Source: Octopus bimaculoides | Lineage: Eukaryota | Direction: 5' to 3' | Length of the DNA: 64,000 nt | NCBI RefSeq assembly: GCF_001194135.2 | Contig: NC_068985.1 | Span: forward strand, 97,461,973-97,525,972 | In this document: piece by piece, positions 13,135 to 24,769 of the stretch | Layout of the letters: every line of letters begins with the position of its first letter | Numbering within the stretch: the first letter of the stretch is position 1 | The notes under the pieces: generated by a model | Seen by the model: the letters and a program-made list of their open reading frames with translations, nothing else | Databases searched by the model: none | Told to the model about the DNA's origin: nothing | Made by a program: the position numbers and the translations under genes

Positions 13135-13188
13135 ATGTCCCTTCCAGGGTCGGATGAAGGCGAGGAAGAACAAGGTACCTATCTGGGA
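13135..13188 (+). CDS. RSPH1: RSPH1 coding exon 1 ([18 protein letters not shown])
   Basis: AAAAATG start; 54 nt; phase-0 donor GGA|gtaggt; acidic N-terminus; lies in a CpG-richer patch with an X-box. Confidence 0.8.
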
Positions 13189-16100
13189 GTAGGTAGATTA
13201 CATATCTTTCGAAGTCATTGTTTATAATAGTGTTTATTGTGAAACTGTCGTGTTTTATGTTCAAATTCGGCCGGATAGGCTTCGCCATTTCTCCTCACTT
13301 GGAATCGATAAATTAATTACTAGTAATAAACTAATATATTCAGTTATATATAATTGAATATACTAGTGTATTACACACACACACATACACACACACTCAC
13401 ACATACATACATACGTACATATCTATATAATACGGTATTATTTAATCCTTTCATTCGCGCGATTTTCACTAAGAAAAAAAAAAAAATCTAGGATTTTTTG
13501 CGTGGAATCGAGTACCCTGACCTCCTAATATGCTGCAAACCCCTTATTTTTGTCCGGAAGAACAGGGGGTGGGTGGGAAACCGGACCCCCCCTCCCGGAA
13601 TCATTGGAAATTTTTTTTATCTATATTGTTCTAGTGTGTGTGTATTTATATGTAGTTAAGTCTATGTCCAGTCATAAAGTGACCAATGGTTTCTCATCCA
13701 CAAAGGGCTTAGCTCTCTGCACGTCTTGTTAGATTCTGAAGACGAAGACAAATTGGCACTGCTTAAATACAGAGGTCTCGATGCATCTACGTAATGATAT
13801 GTTTTTACAGTGCACACACGTTAGGGTTAGTTTTAGGGTCAGTTAGGGTTACATAGATGTGTCGGGACCTCTGCATTTAAGTGGTACCGACAAATGAAAC
13901 TCTTTGTCTCCGGGAGGCAGGAATCCGTTATCAAATTACCATGACGGATTCCTGCCTCCCAGAGGTGAAGAGTTATATTTGTCTTCGGCTTTAGGGTCTG
14001 ACGACCTGACCGTGGCGGTAACCTCCTTGTGGATGCAAAACTGTTGGTCGCTCTATGACCAGACATAGACTTAACTACATAAATATACGCACACACGTAT
14101 ATAATAATTAATGCGAAATTCTATCTGTCCATCCAGGACCCCTGTGTCTCAGTCTATATTTGCTCTACTTAGACATATTATACCGTTTTGGAAATAAAAT
14201 GGTTCCAGGATTGAAAATCTGCCCTTTATTTGGTTCTTGAACATCCAGCATTGGGATCAGGTCTGGATGCGGATTTGTTATATGCTAACAGTTGAAAATA
14301 CAAATTTTAAAAGAACTCCAAAAATTTGTGAGTTTACAACTTAGCACCAGTGTCATTGCAGACATTGCTGTCTGACCACAAAGAGCAAGAACAGGCACCA
14401 CAAGGCATTTTGCCCTAACACTCTATTGATTCTACAAACCTATTGTTCTAGATTGCTGAGTTTTTATTGACTCTAAAAGGCAGAAAGGTGACCCCACAAA
14501 AGAAAAATGAAAGTATATATATCATCATCATCATCATCGTTTAACGTCTGCNNNNNNNNNNNNNNNNNNNNNNNNNNNNNNNNNNNNNNNNNNNNNNNNN
14601 NNNNNNNNNNNNNNNNNNNNNNNNNNNNNNNNNNNNNNNNNNNNNNNNNNNNNNNNNNNNNNNNNNNNNNNNNNNNNNNNNNNNNNNNNNNNNNNNNNNN
14701 NNNNNNNNNNNNNNNNNNNNNNNNNNNNNNNNNNNNNNNNNNNNNNNNNNNNNNNNNNNNNNNNNNNNNNNNNNNNNNNNNNNNNNNNNNNNNNNNNNNN
14801 NNNNNNNNNNNNNNNNNNNNNNNNNNNNNNNNNNNNNNNNNNNNNNNNNNNNNNNNNNNNNNNNNNNNNNNNNNNNNNNNNNNNNNNNNNNNNNNNNNNN
14901 NNNNNNNNNNNNNNNNNNNNNNNNNNNNNNNNNNNNNNNNNNNNNNNNNNNNNNNNNNNNNNNNNNNNNNNNNNNNNNNNNNNNNNNNNNNNNNNNNNNN
15001 NNNNNNNNNNNNNNNNNNNNNNNNNNNNNNNNNNNNNNNNNNNNNNNNNNNNNNNNNNNNNNNNNNNNNNNNNNNNNNNNNNNNNNNNNNNNNNNNNNNN
15101 NNNNNNNNNNNNNNNNNNNNNNNNNNNNNNNNNNNNNNNNNNNNNNNNNNNNNNNNNNNNNNNNNNNNNNNNNNNNNNNNNNNNNNNNNNNNNNNNNNNN
15201 NNNNNNNNNNNNNNNNNNNNNNNNNNNNNNNNNNNNNNNNNNNNNNNNNNNNNNNNNNNNNNNNNNNNNNNNNNNNNNNNNNNNNNNNNNNNNNNNNNNN
15301 NNNNNNNNNNNNNNNNNNNNNNNNNNNNNNNNNNNNNNNNNNNNNNNNNNNNNNNNNNNNNNNNNNNNNNNCATTCCTTGCGAGCTTACATATGTCCTCA
15401 GCAGTTACAGCCCATGTTTCACTGCCATGTAGCATGGTTGTTCGTACGCATGCGTCATACAGTCTGCCTTTTACTCTGAGTGAGAGTCCCTTTGTCGCCA
15501 GCAGGGGTAAGAGCTCTCTAAACTTTGCCCAGGCTATTCTTATTCTTGCAGCTACACTTTCAGCGCACCCACCCCCACTACTAACTTGGTCGCCCAGATA
15601 GCGGAAGCTATCGACTACCTCTAGTTTTTCACCCTGGAATGAGATAGAAGTTGTTTCCTGTTTGTTTGCAGTCTTTATTGCACTGTTTCCTGTTTGTTTG
15701 CAGTCTTTATACTTACATATACATATAAGGTAAACAGAAAATGGAGATAAAATTGATAATTGATAAACATCAATTATCATTTATTGATTATAAAAAGACA
15801 AAATCTCATCTGACAGCTGTTTCTGTTAGCTGTCAGATGAGATTTTGTCTTTTTATAATCAATAAATGATAATTGATGTTTATCAATTATCAATTTTATC
15901 TCCATTTTCTGTTTTCTTTAAATATAGATAAATTTTGGTTTATTCTTGTCCTTACCTATCATTTATAAGCCTTAATATTAATACTCATAATCGTAAGTAA
16001 TACACCAGTTGATTCACTGGATACAAGTATCCCTTAGATGGTTGTTATAACATCTAACTTAACTAGATAAAATTCTGGGTGCCAGGTGTCTAGTCTTGGT

Positions 16101-18328
16101 CTTCCTTTCACACAGAACTTCAGCTCATGGCTTCTGATCTTAACTGATCGGATGTATTATCATATACATGTTTTGTCTTGGTGTAAAAGAAAGGCTACAG
16201 CAAATATTCTGCTCACTACTACAGATTTGCTTGTCCATAACTAATGGAGTATCTCTCTTGTTGACCTCAGTGGCATTTTAGCATAAAGATGGATGAAATG
16301 TTGCAACTCATTTTGTCTGGTGTGCAAACCATTGTGTCAGCTCAAGGCCTTAATAACAATAATAAAAATCCTGTCTACTAAAGGCACAAGGCTTGAAATT
16401 TGGGGGAGGTGGGTAGTCAATTACATCGACCCCAGTACTCACCTGGTACTTATTTTATTGACCCCCAAAAGGATGAAAGGCAAAGTCAACCTCAGTGGAA
16501 TTTGAACTCAGAACATAAAGAGAGACAAAATACCACTAAGCATTTCATCTGGCATGCTAATGATTTTGCCACCTCGCTACCTTAATAATGATAGAATAAA
16601 CTGACTTTTGGCACTTTTGCAAGCTGTGTAGCAGCTTATAAATCTAGTTTACCATCAGTCAATTTGCTTTGGCTAGTGCAGGGCTGGCCAACCTGCAGCC
16701 CACCACCTGCAGACTTTTATCTTGCGGTTCACTTGGTACTTTCTTGAAGTATTGTGTTTAATTTCAAAATAAAATTGTTTGCACAAGACATTTGTTTCAA
16801 AATAAATTTAAAATTTACAAGTGGCAATAAAGCAATAGTCTACAATTTTATAATTTTAAACAAACGAAAAGTATGAAAAATTCTTTATTTTGTAATTTGA
16901 TCATTTGACTATTAGTACATAAAATATACAAATGACCCTCAAAAAATTTTCTGTGACTAAAGTGGCCCACAATGTAATTTGAGTTGGCCAGGCCTAGTCT
17001 AGTGAGAGTTGAGGTAGCAATAGTTGCATAGGTCTCATCTGAGATATTTTCTAAAGGAATTGTTTTGTAACACAGGAGTATGATGGCGAAAGAAATGAGA
17101 GAGAAGAGAGACATGGAATGGGTAAAGCTATTCTACCGAACCTAGATAGCTACACAGGGATGTATGAAGATGGTAGGCGCCATGGCACAGGAGTTTACAG
17201 GTGAGAGTTCTTCACAGTTATTTTCCCCTCTGGAAAAGTATTTCATTCATCCGAGTCACAATGTCTTTACATTTTAGGAATATGTTTATATGCAACTTTC
17301 TCTCTTCTTCTTTCCTTCTCTCTCTCTTTCTATGCATGGGTCATTGCCAGTGCTGCCTGACTGGCTCCCTGTGTTGGTGGCATGTAAAAAAGCACCATCT
17401 GAACGTGGTTGATGCCAGCCCTCTCACCCCGACTGGCTCCTGTGCTGGTGGCACGTAAAAAGTACCATCCAAGCATGGCTGATGCCAGCGCTGCCTGACT
17501 GGCTCCCATTCTGTTGGCACATAAAAAGCACCATTCAAACGTGGTCAATGCCAGCCCCCTCGCCCCTCGCACTAGCACAGGTGAGGTTAGTTTTGGCATG
17601 GCTTTTACAGCTGGATGCCCTTCCAAATGCGAATTACTTTACAGTAAGGATTCGATGCTTTTTACATGGCACCAGCACTGGCAGAGTCACCAAGTAACTC
17701 GCAAGACAAGGAATTTTGAGAGGGGCAGGGACATTTGAGGTGGGGAACTTGTCTCAGAGGATGAAAGGTTAAAGTGTGACAGACAGACAGAAAGGCAGAA
17801 ACAGGTGTCTTGCTATAACGGAGGGGGCACTGGATGAGGTTATCCAATATATATATATATATACACACGCACACACACATATATACTCACATATGTGCAT
17901 GTGTGTGTGTGTGTGTATGTTATATATGTGTGTGTTTTGATATATATATATCTTTGTGTATGTATGCACAGGTTCAAGAATGAGGCTCGATATACTGGAG
18001 AATATCAGTATAACAAGAAACATGGTGAGGGCACATTTATATATCCTGATGGCTCTAAATACGAAGGTTAGTATAAATTTCCATCTAATTTTTTCATACA
18101 TTATTTACATTTGACGGATATTTGTCCTCATCTTGTTTGTTGTTAACACAACGTTTCGGCCCCAGGACTTATTCTTTGTAAGCCTAGTACTTGTTCTATC
18201 GGTCTCTTTTGCCGAACCACTAAGTTACAGGGATGTAAACACACCAGCATCAGTTGTCAAGCGACGTTGGGAGGACAAACACAGACACACAAACATACAC
18301 ACACACACACACATACACACACACACAC

Positions 18329-18388
<60 letters not shown>

Positions 18389-20472
18389 GATGGGCTTCTT
18401 TTAGTTTCCGTCTACCAAATCCACCCACAAGGCTTTGGTTGGCCAGAGGCTATAGTAGAAGACATTTGTCCAAGGTGTCATGCAGTGGGACTGAACCCAG
18501 AACCATGCGGTTTGTAAGCAAGCTACTTACCACACAGCCACTCCTACGCCTATATGATGCTGGAGTGAAAAACCAGACAGGATCCTGGCCGACCCTTGAA
18601 GGGAAGCAACTGCTTCTCACTGTGAGGTATTATCCCTCTTCCTGCATTCTACCCTCTTATCTTTCTAATGTCAGAATACAAAGAAGCCATTGCAAGTGCA
18701 GCATGCGAGATGATTTCTTTGTTTTTTTTTTTAAAGTATTCGCTCATTACAAGGTCCTTAGACCACTGAAAACGTAAGAGCTACTAAGAATAAGATGGAC
18801 ACTAGACAGAAGTCAATAGGTCACGATGCACATTAGACTTAAAAGACTGGAGAAGGTCATATTGAAGAGGAAAACAAGACTGTGGAAGGGAATTCCAAAG
18901 TTCAGAGGGGCGAGGGAAGAAACTGGGACTGTAAAGTTCTTTACGACATTTAAGAGGTTGACCAGTATACTGATGAAAACTGGATGCAAGTCTAGTTGGT
19001 CGCTGATAAGTTCTTAAAGGAGGAACCAGAGAAGAGAGCTCAGCTGAACAATGTCCATGAAAATACTTATAGAAAAGAGACAAGGAAGCCACACGACGAT
19101 GATGAGAGAGTGAATCCAATTTAGAAGATAGATAAATGATAGTTGTGTTATTTTGCAGGTCAATGGGTGAAGGACCAGAGGTGTGGCTCCGGTACCTACT
19201 ACTATGTCAATGGTGACATCTATACAGGAGAATGGGAGGACCATTTACGACATGGTCAAGGCTCATATACATACGCTGACACCAAATCTCAGTACATTGG
19301 TAGCTGGGCTAACGGACGAATGAACGGCTTTGGAGAGTTGATCCATGCTAACCACAAATATGTTGGTATGTTCAAAGATGATAGGGTGAGTGTATATAAA
19401 AACAAAAACTCGTTACTATATTTTTCGGCATCATCATCATCATCATTGCCATTGGTGTCATCATCATCATCATCGTTATCATTGTCATCATCATCAGCAT
19501 CATCAACGTCATTGCTATCATCATCATCTCTTTCATTATGATTGCTCTTGTGATTGTCATTACCACCACCATGGTTAATTCTAATGTAGACACAAGGCTA
19601 ACAGTTTGTGGAGAGGATTAGTCGATTACATCAACCCGAGTACTGTACTTGGTGCTTTATTTTTTAGAATCAGGAAGGATGAAAGCAAAGTTGACCATTG
19701 CTTGATTTGAACTCATAGTGTAAAGAGCTGGAGCAAATACCACAAGGCATTTTGATGCTATGTTTTAATGATTCTGTCATCCACCACCCTTCAGGGTGGC
19801 TCACCACTGGTTGTTGACAATTGCCCCCATCAACTGCCGCTTAACTAGTTCACTAATCTGGTCCTTGTAATCTTTGAGTGCCAGAAAGGGTGCGTTTAAC
19901 TTCCAGTAACTGGGTCCCTGTCTATGGGTCCTATCTAACTTGACTGTGCAGATCAAAATCTTGTGGTCTGTGTAGCTGATCAATTTAAATTTTGGCAACT
20001 ATGCTATCCCTTATCCACCCTAACAAATATTTTAACTACATACAACCTGGATAATTCATGGTGGTTGCTCCATGTCCTCACTGTCACATTCAAGAATATA
20101 AACACACGGAGTCAAAAAGAAACACTACCTTTCACTCGACACCGTTGTTCACGCGGTGCTCTTTCTCCCTAGTGTGAAGCTTCCTATCTCGGACATGTGA
20201 GCATGCACACAACAGCCAAACACCGCGTCACTGGAAATGGAAAGTGCACAGTTCTATACAAGGATTATAGTGTTTTTTTCATAAACTAGGGAATGACTAC
20301 TGACATTAAGCTTAAGGATTTTATAATGTACAAGTATTAAGAAAGAATTAAAGAAAAAAGGACTCGTTATATTGAATGTTATCGATAATATTGAGTGGAC
20401 ATAGGGGGTGCTACAGTTTCATAGTTCTTATACACGAGCCACTGCTGCACCTTAATAATAATAATAATAATG

Positions 20473-20506
<34 letters not shown>

Positions 20507-23500
20507 GACTACCATACCAGTGATTGTAGGATCTCTAGGAATGATAAAAAAAGGTACTGAAATCTATTTGAAAATGATACCAGGCTTACCATCTCTACAG
20601 GAGGTGCAAAAAATTGTGCTAACTGGAACGACTCATGTACTAAGAAGAGCATTATCGCTGTGAAAACAACATCCATTCATGATTTTTTTTTTTCTTAAAT
20701 ACATGTTTTACCTATGAATTTGCATGTGTAAATTGGGAATGCATACAACGTTTCTCTGCCCTAGGTGTACGGAAAACACTCGGCGAGAAATGGGAAAAAA
20801 TTTGAAGAAAGAAGAAAAAAAAATAATAATAATAATAAAGGTGATATCTAATTCTTGCTGGTGATATTTTGTACTTTCAGCCAGATGGTATTGGCAAGTA
20901 TGTGTTCGATATAGGCTGTGAACAACAGGGTACCTACGTGCAAGTAAGAAAGGTACGCTCTTCTAATTATTACTTATATTTAAAGCTTGAATATTTATGA
21001 TTTTATTATGTTTTGGTGTATAATTTGTTATATGCTTTTACTATTTTTCCCATTCTGTCCCATTCCTTGCTAGTGGTGGTCATCTGCTGCTGTAAATTTA
21101 GACATTTGCATAAATTATTGGAGCAAGTGTTTTGTAGTTCTTTCTTGTGACCCCCATTTTTAATTCTTCAATTATGGCCTAGACGACTATGCTGAAGAGG
21201 AGGGGAATGAGAACCAAGCCCTGGAGAACTCCTACTTACATTTTCATTCCTAAGTTCCACCTTTCTAACAACACCCTTCCCTGTAACAGTTGACTATAAT
21301 ACTGCTACACCAATCGTTGGGTATGATACCTTTCTATACAACCTGATTAACTATACTGGTGACTAGGTTGTATCCTACTCCACCAAATATTTTAAGCATC
21401 TCAGTGGCAGTTTCTGATGGACTGGGGACTTTCTCTGCCTTCATATCCTTAATTATTTTATCATTCTGCTGTCATCTGTTATGGCTCATACTTCTGTTGA
21501 GTTCACATTTAGGAGACTATTTTCCTTCCATGCATTTTCCATGTTTAGTAGCCTTTCATTACAGTACTTCTATCCGCGTATATAAATGCATATTATAAGT
21601 TCTTTCTGAATTATTGAAAGTGTTTCTACAAGACCTCTCTACTTGATAGAAATAGTACCTAAAGCTTCCTTAAATGTACCCTATTGTTTTCAAAACAGAA
21701 ATACTACAAGTGATTTTTATTTGGTTCTCTTCTGAGTCTGTCATCCACTCACCTTCTTCTCACTAAATAATTTCTTTCAAAATGTGCACATTCTTCAGAC
21801 CTCACACACACATATACATTTTTCAGTTTCTGACTACCAAATCCATTCAGAAGGGTTTGGTTGGCCTGGAGCTATAGTAGAAGACACTGTTACACAGTGG
21901 GATTGAAACCAGAACTACGTGGTTGGAAAGCAAACTTCTTACCGCACTACCATGCCTGTGCTTAATATTCAATGTTAATTTTTTTTTTCTTTTTAATGTT
22001 ATTAGGATCAAGATGTAAGTGTCTTTGAAGAAGAAGAAATAGCTCAGGTGACAATCCCAGTTTGGATAGCTGGAGCGACCACAGGTTTACATTTGAAACC
22101 ATCTGATGATGAATTACCAATAGAAACTATTGAAGAAGAATCTGCTAAAGAGCCAGAAGTACAAGAAGAAGAAGAGAAAGAAGCAGAGCCTGAGAAAACA
22201 GAAGAAAGCAGTGACAATACTGATAGTAAGTCATATTTGTGGTCAATTATAGCCAAGGGTTGTAGTAGAAGATACTTACTCAAGGCATCATACTGTAGAA
22301 CTGAAGCTAAAATCATGTGGTGGTTTCTTACATTTCTTACCCATGCACCAAATTTTAAATTAGTTCATGCTTTCGACCAATACAATAGAGAATGTTATGA
22401 AACTTACAATGTCAACAAGCTTTTATTCTGTCCTCTCACCATGGCACTCAGCACACACATACACACACACACTGACACTCACATATGTGCACACTAGCAC
22501 ACTCACACATACATGTACATTCACTGTAGCTTGTACTACAATATTATATGTATTTCAATAAACTGGGTTTGTTTAAATAGATGTACAACTAGGACTGAAT
22601 GCTTCATGATTTATGCTTGAAAGCCTCTGCCTTTCATGAAATGTGGTTTCACCTGACGTCAGATGAGGGTGGAGGGCGTAGCACCAAGGACATCGTTTGC
22701 TAGGTTACTGACATTTACCTCAGCCAAATGCAGTTTTTACTCATGCTGAAATAATTACCCTTAATTTAGGAACCTCTGAGCTACTCACTTATCAAACTCA
22801 CCCTTCCTCGTCTGTTAAATATTGCTCTCCTTCTCTTAACCCTTTCATTACTGTATTTATTTTGAGATGCTCTGTGTTTCTTTCAATTAATTTTAAATAT
22901 AACGAAGAATTTAGTAAAATAACTTAGTTATCATTAAGCTAGTGTTAGCAACATAAATTGTACTTAATTTAACGATCCCAAAAGGATGAAAAGCAAAGAC
23001 GACCTTGGTGGAATTTGAACTCAGAACGTAAAGACAGACAAAATACTGTTAAGCATTTCGCCCGGTGTGCTAATGTTTCTGCCAGCTTGCTGCCTTTACA
23101 CTAAGACAAATATTCTTTTCTACTCTAGGCACAAGGCCCAAAATTTTTGAGGAGTGGGGGCGGGGGGCAGTCGATTAGATCAACTCCAGTACACAACTGG
23201 TACTTAGTTTATTGACCCCAAAAGGACGAAAGGTTTGGTGGAAGATTTTAATTCAAAACATATGGAAACAAGACATTTGTATTACAGAGCAGAGGTGGTT
23301 TCAGCCAGGCTAGTATCGAAAGGGTTAAATCATATGTTGTATGCACTATCCCTCCACCATGAAGGCTCCTAAATTAACCATGCCATGACAACATTCAGCA
23401 TCACTCTTGTTGCCCATCAGTCTTATTGACCTAATTAGTCTTGGAGACACTGAAAATGTATGAAAATTGATGCTTCCTCCACCTCCTCATTGTCATTATT

Positions 23501-23647
23501 TTAATTAGCATTGAGCAAATATTTCTTCGTTTTGTAGTTGAAGCTGAAACTATTCTCATTGGACAAGGTGATGTTCCACAACCCAGTCTTGAAGATAACG
23601 ATGCCGAAGACGAGGATGAAGTTGATAATCCACAACAAGAAGACTAG
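13135..23647 (+). CDS. RSPH1: Radial spoke head 1 homolog (MORN-repeat protein), spliced: 13135-13188, 17076-17200, 17972-18066, 19159-19385, 20881-20952, 22006-22225, 23538-23647; 903 nt = 300 aa + stop
   Basis: Exons join in phase with GT-AG ends. Translation starts [46 protein letters not shown], contains successive MORN repeats, then [13 protein letters not shown] and an acidic tail. This matches the recalled RSPH1 layout (GEYEGGRNEAGERHG...GKYVFDVGCEQHG). Confidence 0.93.
13645..14085. mobile_element. Foldback MITE-like element with internal TTAGGG-like repeats
   Basis: About 60-bp imperfect terminal inverted repeats (atgtagttaagtctatgtc...), a nested internal hairpin 13750-13890, and central ttagggttagttttagggtcagttagggtt. 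Confidence 0.55.
14520..15690 (-). mobile_element. RTE-clade LINE, 5'-truncated, mostly in an N gap
   Basis: (ATC)n tail at 14520; [34 protein letters not shown] at 15372-15650. Confidence 0.85.
15732..15914. repeat. Perfect inverted repeat: 87-bp arms, 9-nt loop
   Basis: 15732-15818 is the exact reverse complement of 15828-15914; loop gtttctgtt. Confidence 0.95.
16679..16996. mobile_element. hAT (Charlie-like) MITE
   Basis: TIR CAGGGCTGGCCAAC / GTTGGCCAGGCCTA; 8-bp TSD ggctagtg / gtctagtg. Confidence 0.7.
17076..17200 (+). CDS. RSPH1: RSPH1 exon 2 (EYDGERNE...RHGTGVYR)
   Basis: cacag|GAG ... ACAG|gtgaga; MORN repeats. Confidence 0.92.
17972..18066 (+). CDS. RSPH1: RSPH1 exon 3 ([31 protein letters not shown])
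   Basis: cacag|G ... GAAG|gttagt; MORN repeats. Confidence 0.93.
18790..19120 (-). mobile_element. CR1-type LINE ORF2 C-terminal fragment
   Basis: [29 protein letters not shown]...SFFPR..ELWNSLP...FKSNVHR.LL. Confidence 0.75.
19159..19385 (+). CDS. RSPH1: RSPH1 exon 4 (GQWVKDQR...MFKDDR)
   Basis: ttgcag|GT ... AGG|gtgagt; core of ORF 19143..19541; three MORN repeats. Confidence 0.95.
19800..20000 (-). mobile_element. Tx1/L1-type LINE endonuclease-linker fragment
   Basis: TDHKILIC...[19 protein letters not shown] motif. Confidence 0.6.
20507..20820 (+). mobile_element. R4/Dong-like LINE 3' end (second family) inside (TAA)n
   Basis: [15 protein letters not shown]...[27 protein letters not shown]; (TAA)n on both flanks. 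Confidence 0.7.
20881..20952 (+). CDS. RSPH1: RSPH1 exon 5 ([24 protein letters not shown])
   Basis: tttcag|CCA ... AAG|gtacgc; conserved GKYVFD.GCEQ.G motif. Confidence 0.92.
22006..22225 (+). CDS. RSPH1: RSPH1 exon 6 ([20 protein letters not shown]...acidic)
   Basis: attag|GAT ... GATA|gtaagt; EEEE..VTIPVW resembles the RSPH1 EEEELVTVVPKW segment. Confidence 0.85.
23538..23647 (+). CDS. RSPH1: RSPH1 terminal exon (IEAETIL...PQQED*)
   Basis: ttgtag|TT, phase 1 matches exon 6; TAG stop; AATAAA at about 23959. Confidence 0.8.
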
Positions 23648-23690
23648 AGACATTTATAAAAAAAAACCCTATATTTCTTTTATTTCTTAA

Positions 23691-23910
23691 CCCTTTAGCA
23701 TTCAGATTATTCTGTCAGATGTAATGGATATTTTCTCATATTGTTTTGAATTAAACATGGATTATCTCATAGCTTTCATATTTTGATGATGTAATTGTTT
23801 ATTTTTAGGATGACTTTGTAGGGTATGCATGAGAGGCCAGAGCTGGTCAGTTTGAACATAAAACATGTAGATTATTTGGGCCAGATATTGCTGGTTTAAA
23901 TGCTAAAGGG
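23691..23910. mobile_element. piggyBac-type MITE in the RSPH1 3' UTR
   Basis: TTAA|CCCTTTAGCATT...AATGCTAAAGGG|TTAA; related inverted copy at 42606-42781. Confidence 0.75.
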
Positions 23911-24769
23911 TTAATTATCATCATTTTTATTTTGTCAATTTTAACTTTTAAATCTTTGAATAAATAATTTTTCACCTAAAGAAATATATTTGTGTTGTTT
24001 TGAAAAATTGAAGAAGAGGAATGTGAGATTTGTATGACTTTGTCAAAGATTTTAGAAGTCTAGTGGCATAAAAAAAGAGTAAGTATCATAGACGTAGGTG
24101 TGGCTGTGTGATAAAAAGTTTGCTTCTCAACCACATGGTTTCTGGTTCAGTCCCACTACATGGCACCTTGGGCAAGTATCTTCTACTATAGCCTTGGGCC
24201 AACCAAAGTTTTGTGAGTGAAGTTGCTAGATGAAAACTGAAGAAACCTGTCTTATATATATATATATATATATATATCATCATCATCGACTTGTACCAGT
24301 CCTCAGTCAAATCGCCCAACCCATGCTAGCATGGAAAGCGGACGTTAAACGATGATGATGATGATGTTTGTAGGCATGTACCAGTGTTTGTATGTTTAGT
24401 GTATATATGTATGTATAGGGTTTTTGGTATGTGTATGTATTTTTGTTAATGTAAATATATTTTTTTATCATGGTAGGTCTTTGTAAGTGAATGTTTTTAT
24501 TTTAAACAAACATATCTTTCTAAGTGAATTTAAACTTATTTTACCATTAATTAATTTGCCCTGAGTATACAGGTTTTTTTCCCCTTCTACTAAAGCTTCA
24601 TCCTTTTTTTCTTTTATATATTTCTCTCCTTGTACAAAATCTTTTGTATCACAAACAGGATTCTCAACATGAGAAGAAAAGCACTTCTGAAAAGGCTCTA
24701 TACATAATATATTTAATGGCTAAGTATGGGAAACCAGTAAAAAAGCTCTTATTTGAATTAAAAGTATAC

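Noticed and set aside
13821-13850. TTAGGG repeats as an interstitial telomere or fusion scar
   Set aside because: Only three imperfect units, centred inside a foldback element
19390-19593. PolyHis/polySer/polyMet ORFs after RSPH1 exon 4 (also 584-839, 56166-56901, 60523-61016)
   Set aside because: Translations of (CAT)n, (CAC)n and (CA)n simple repeats in introns or intergenic DNA
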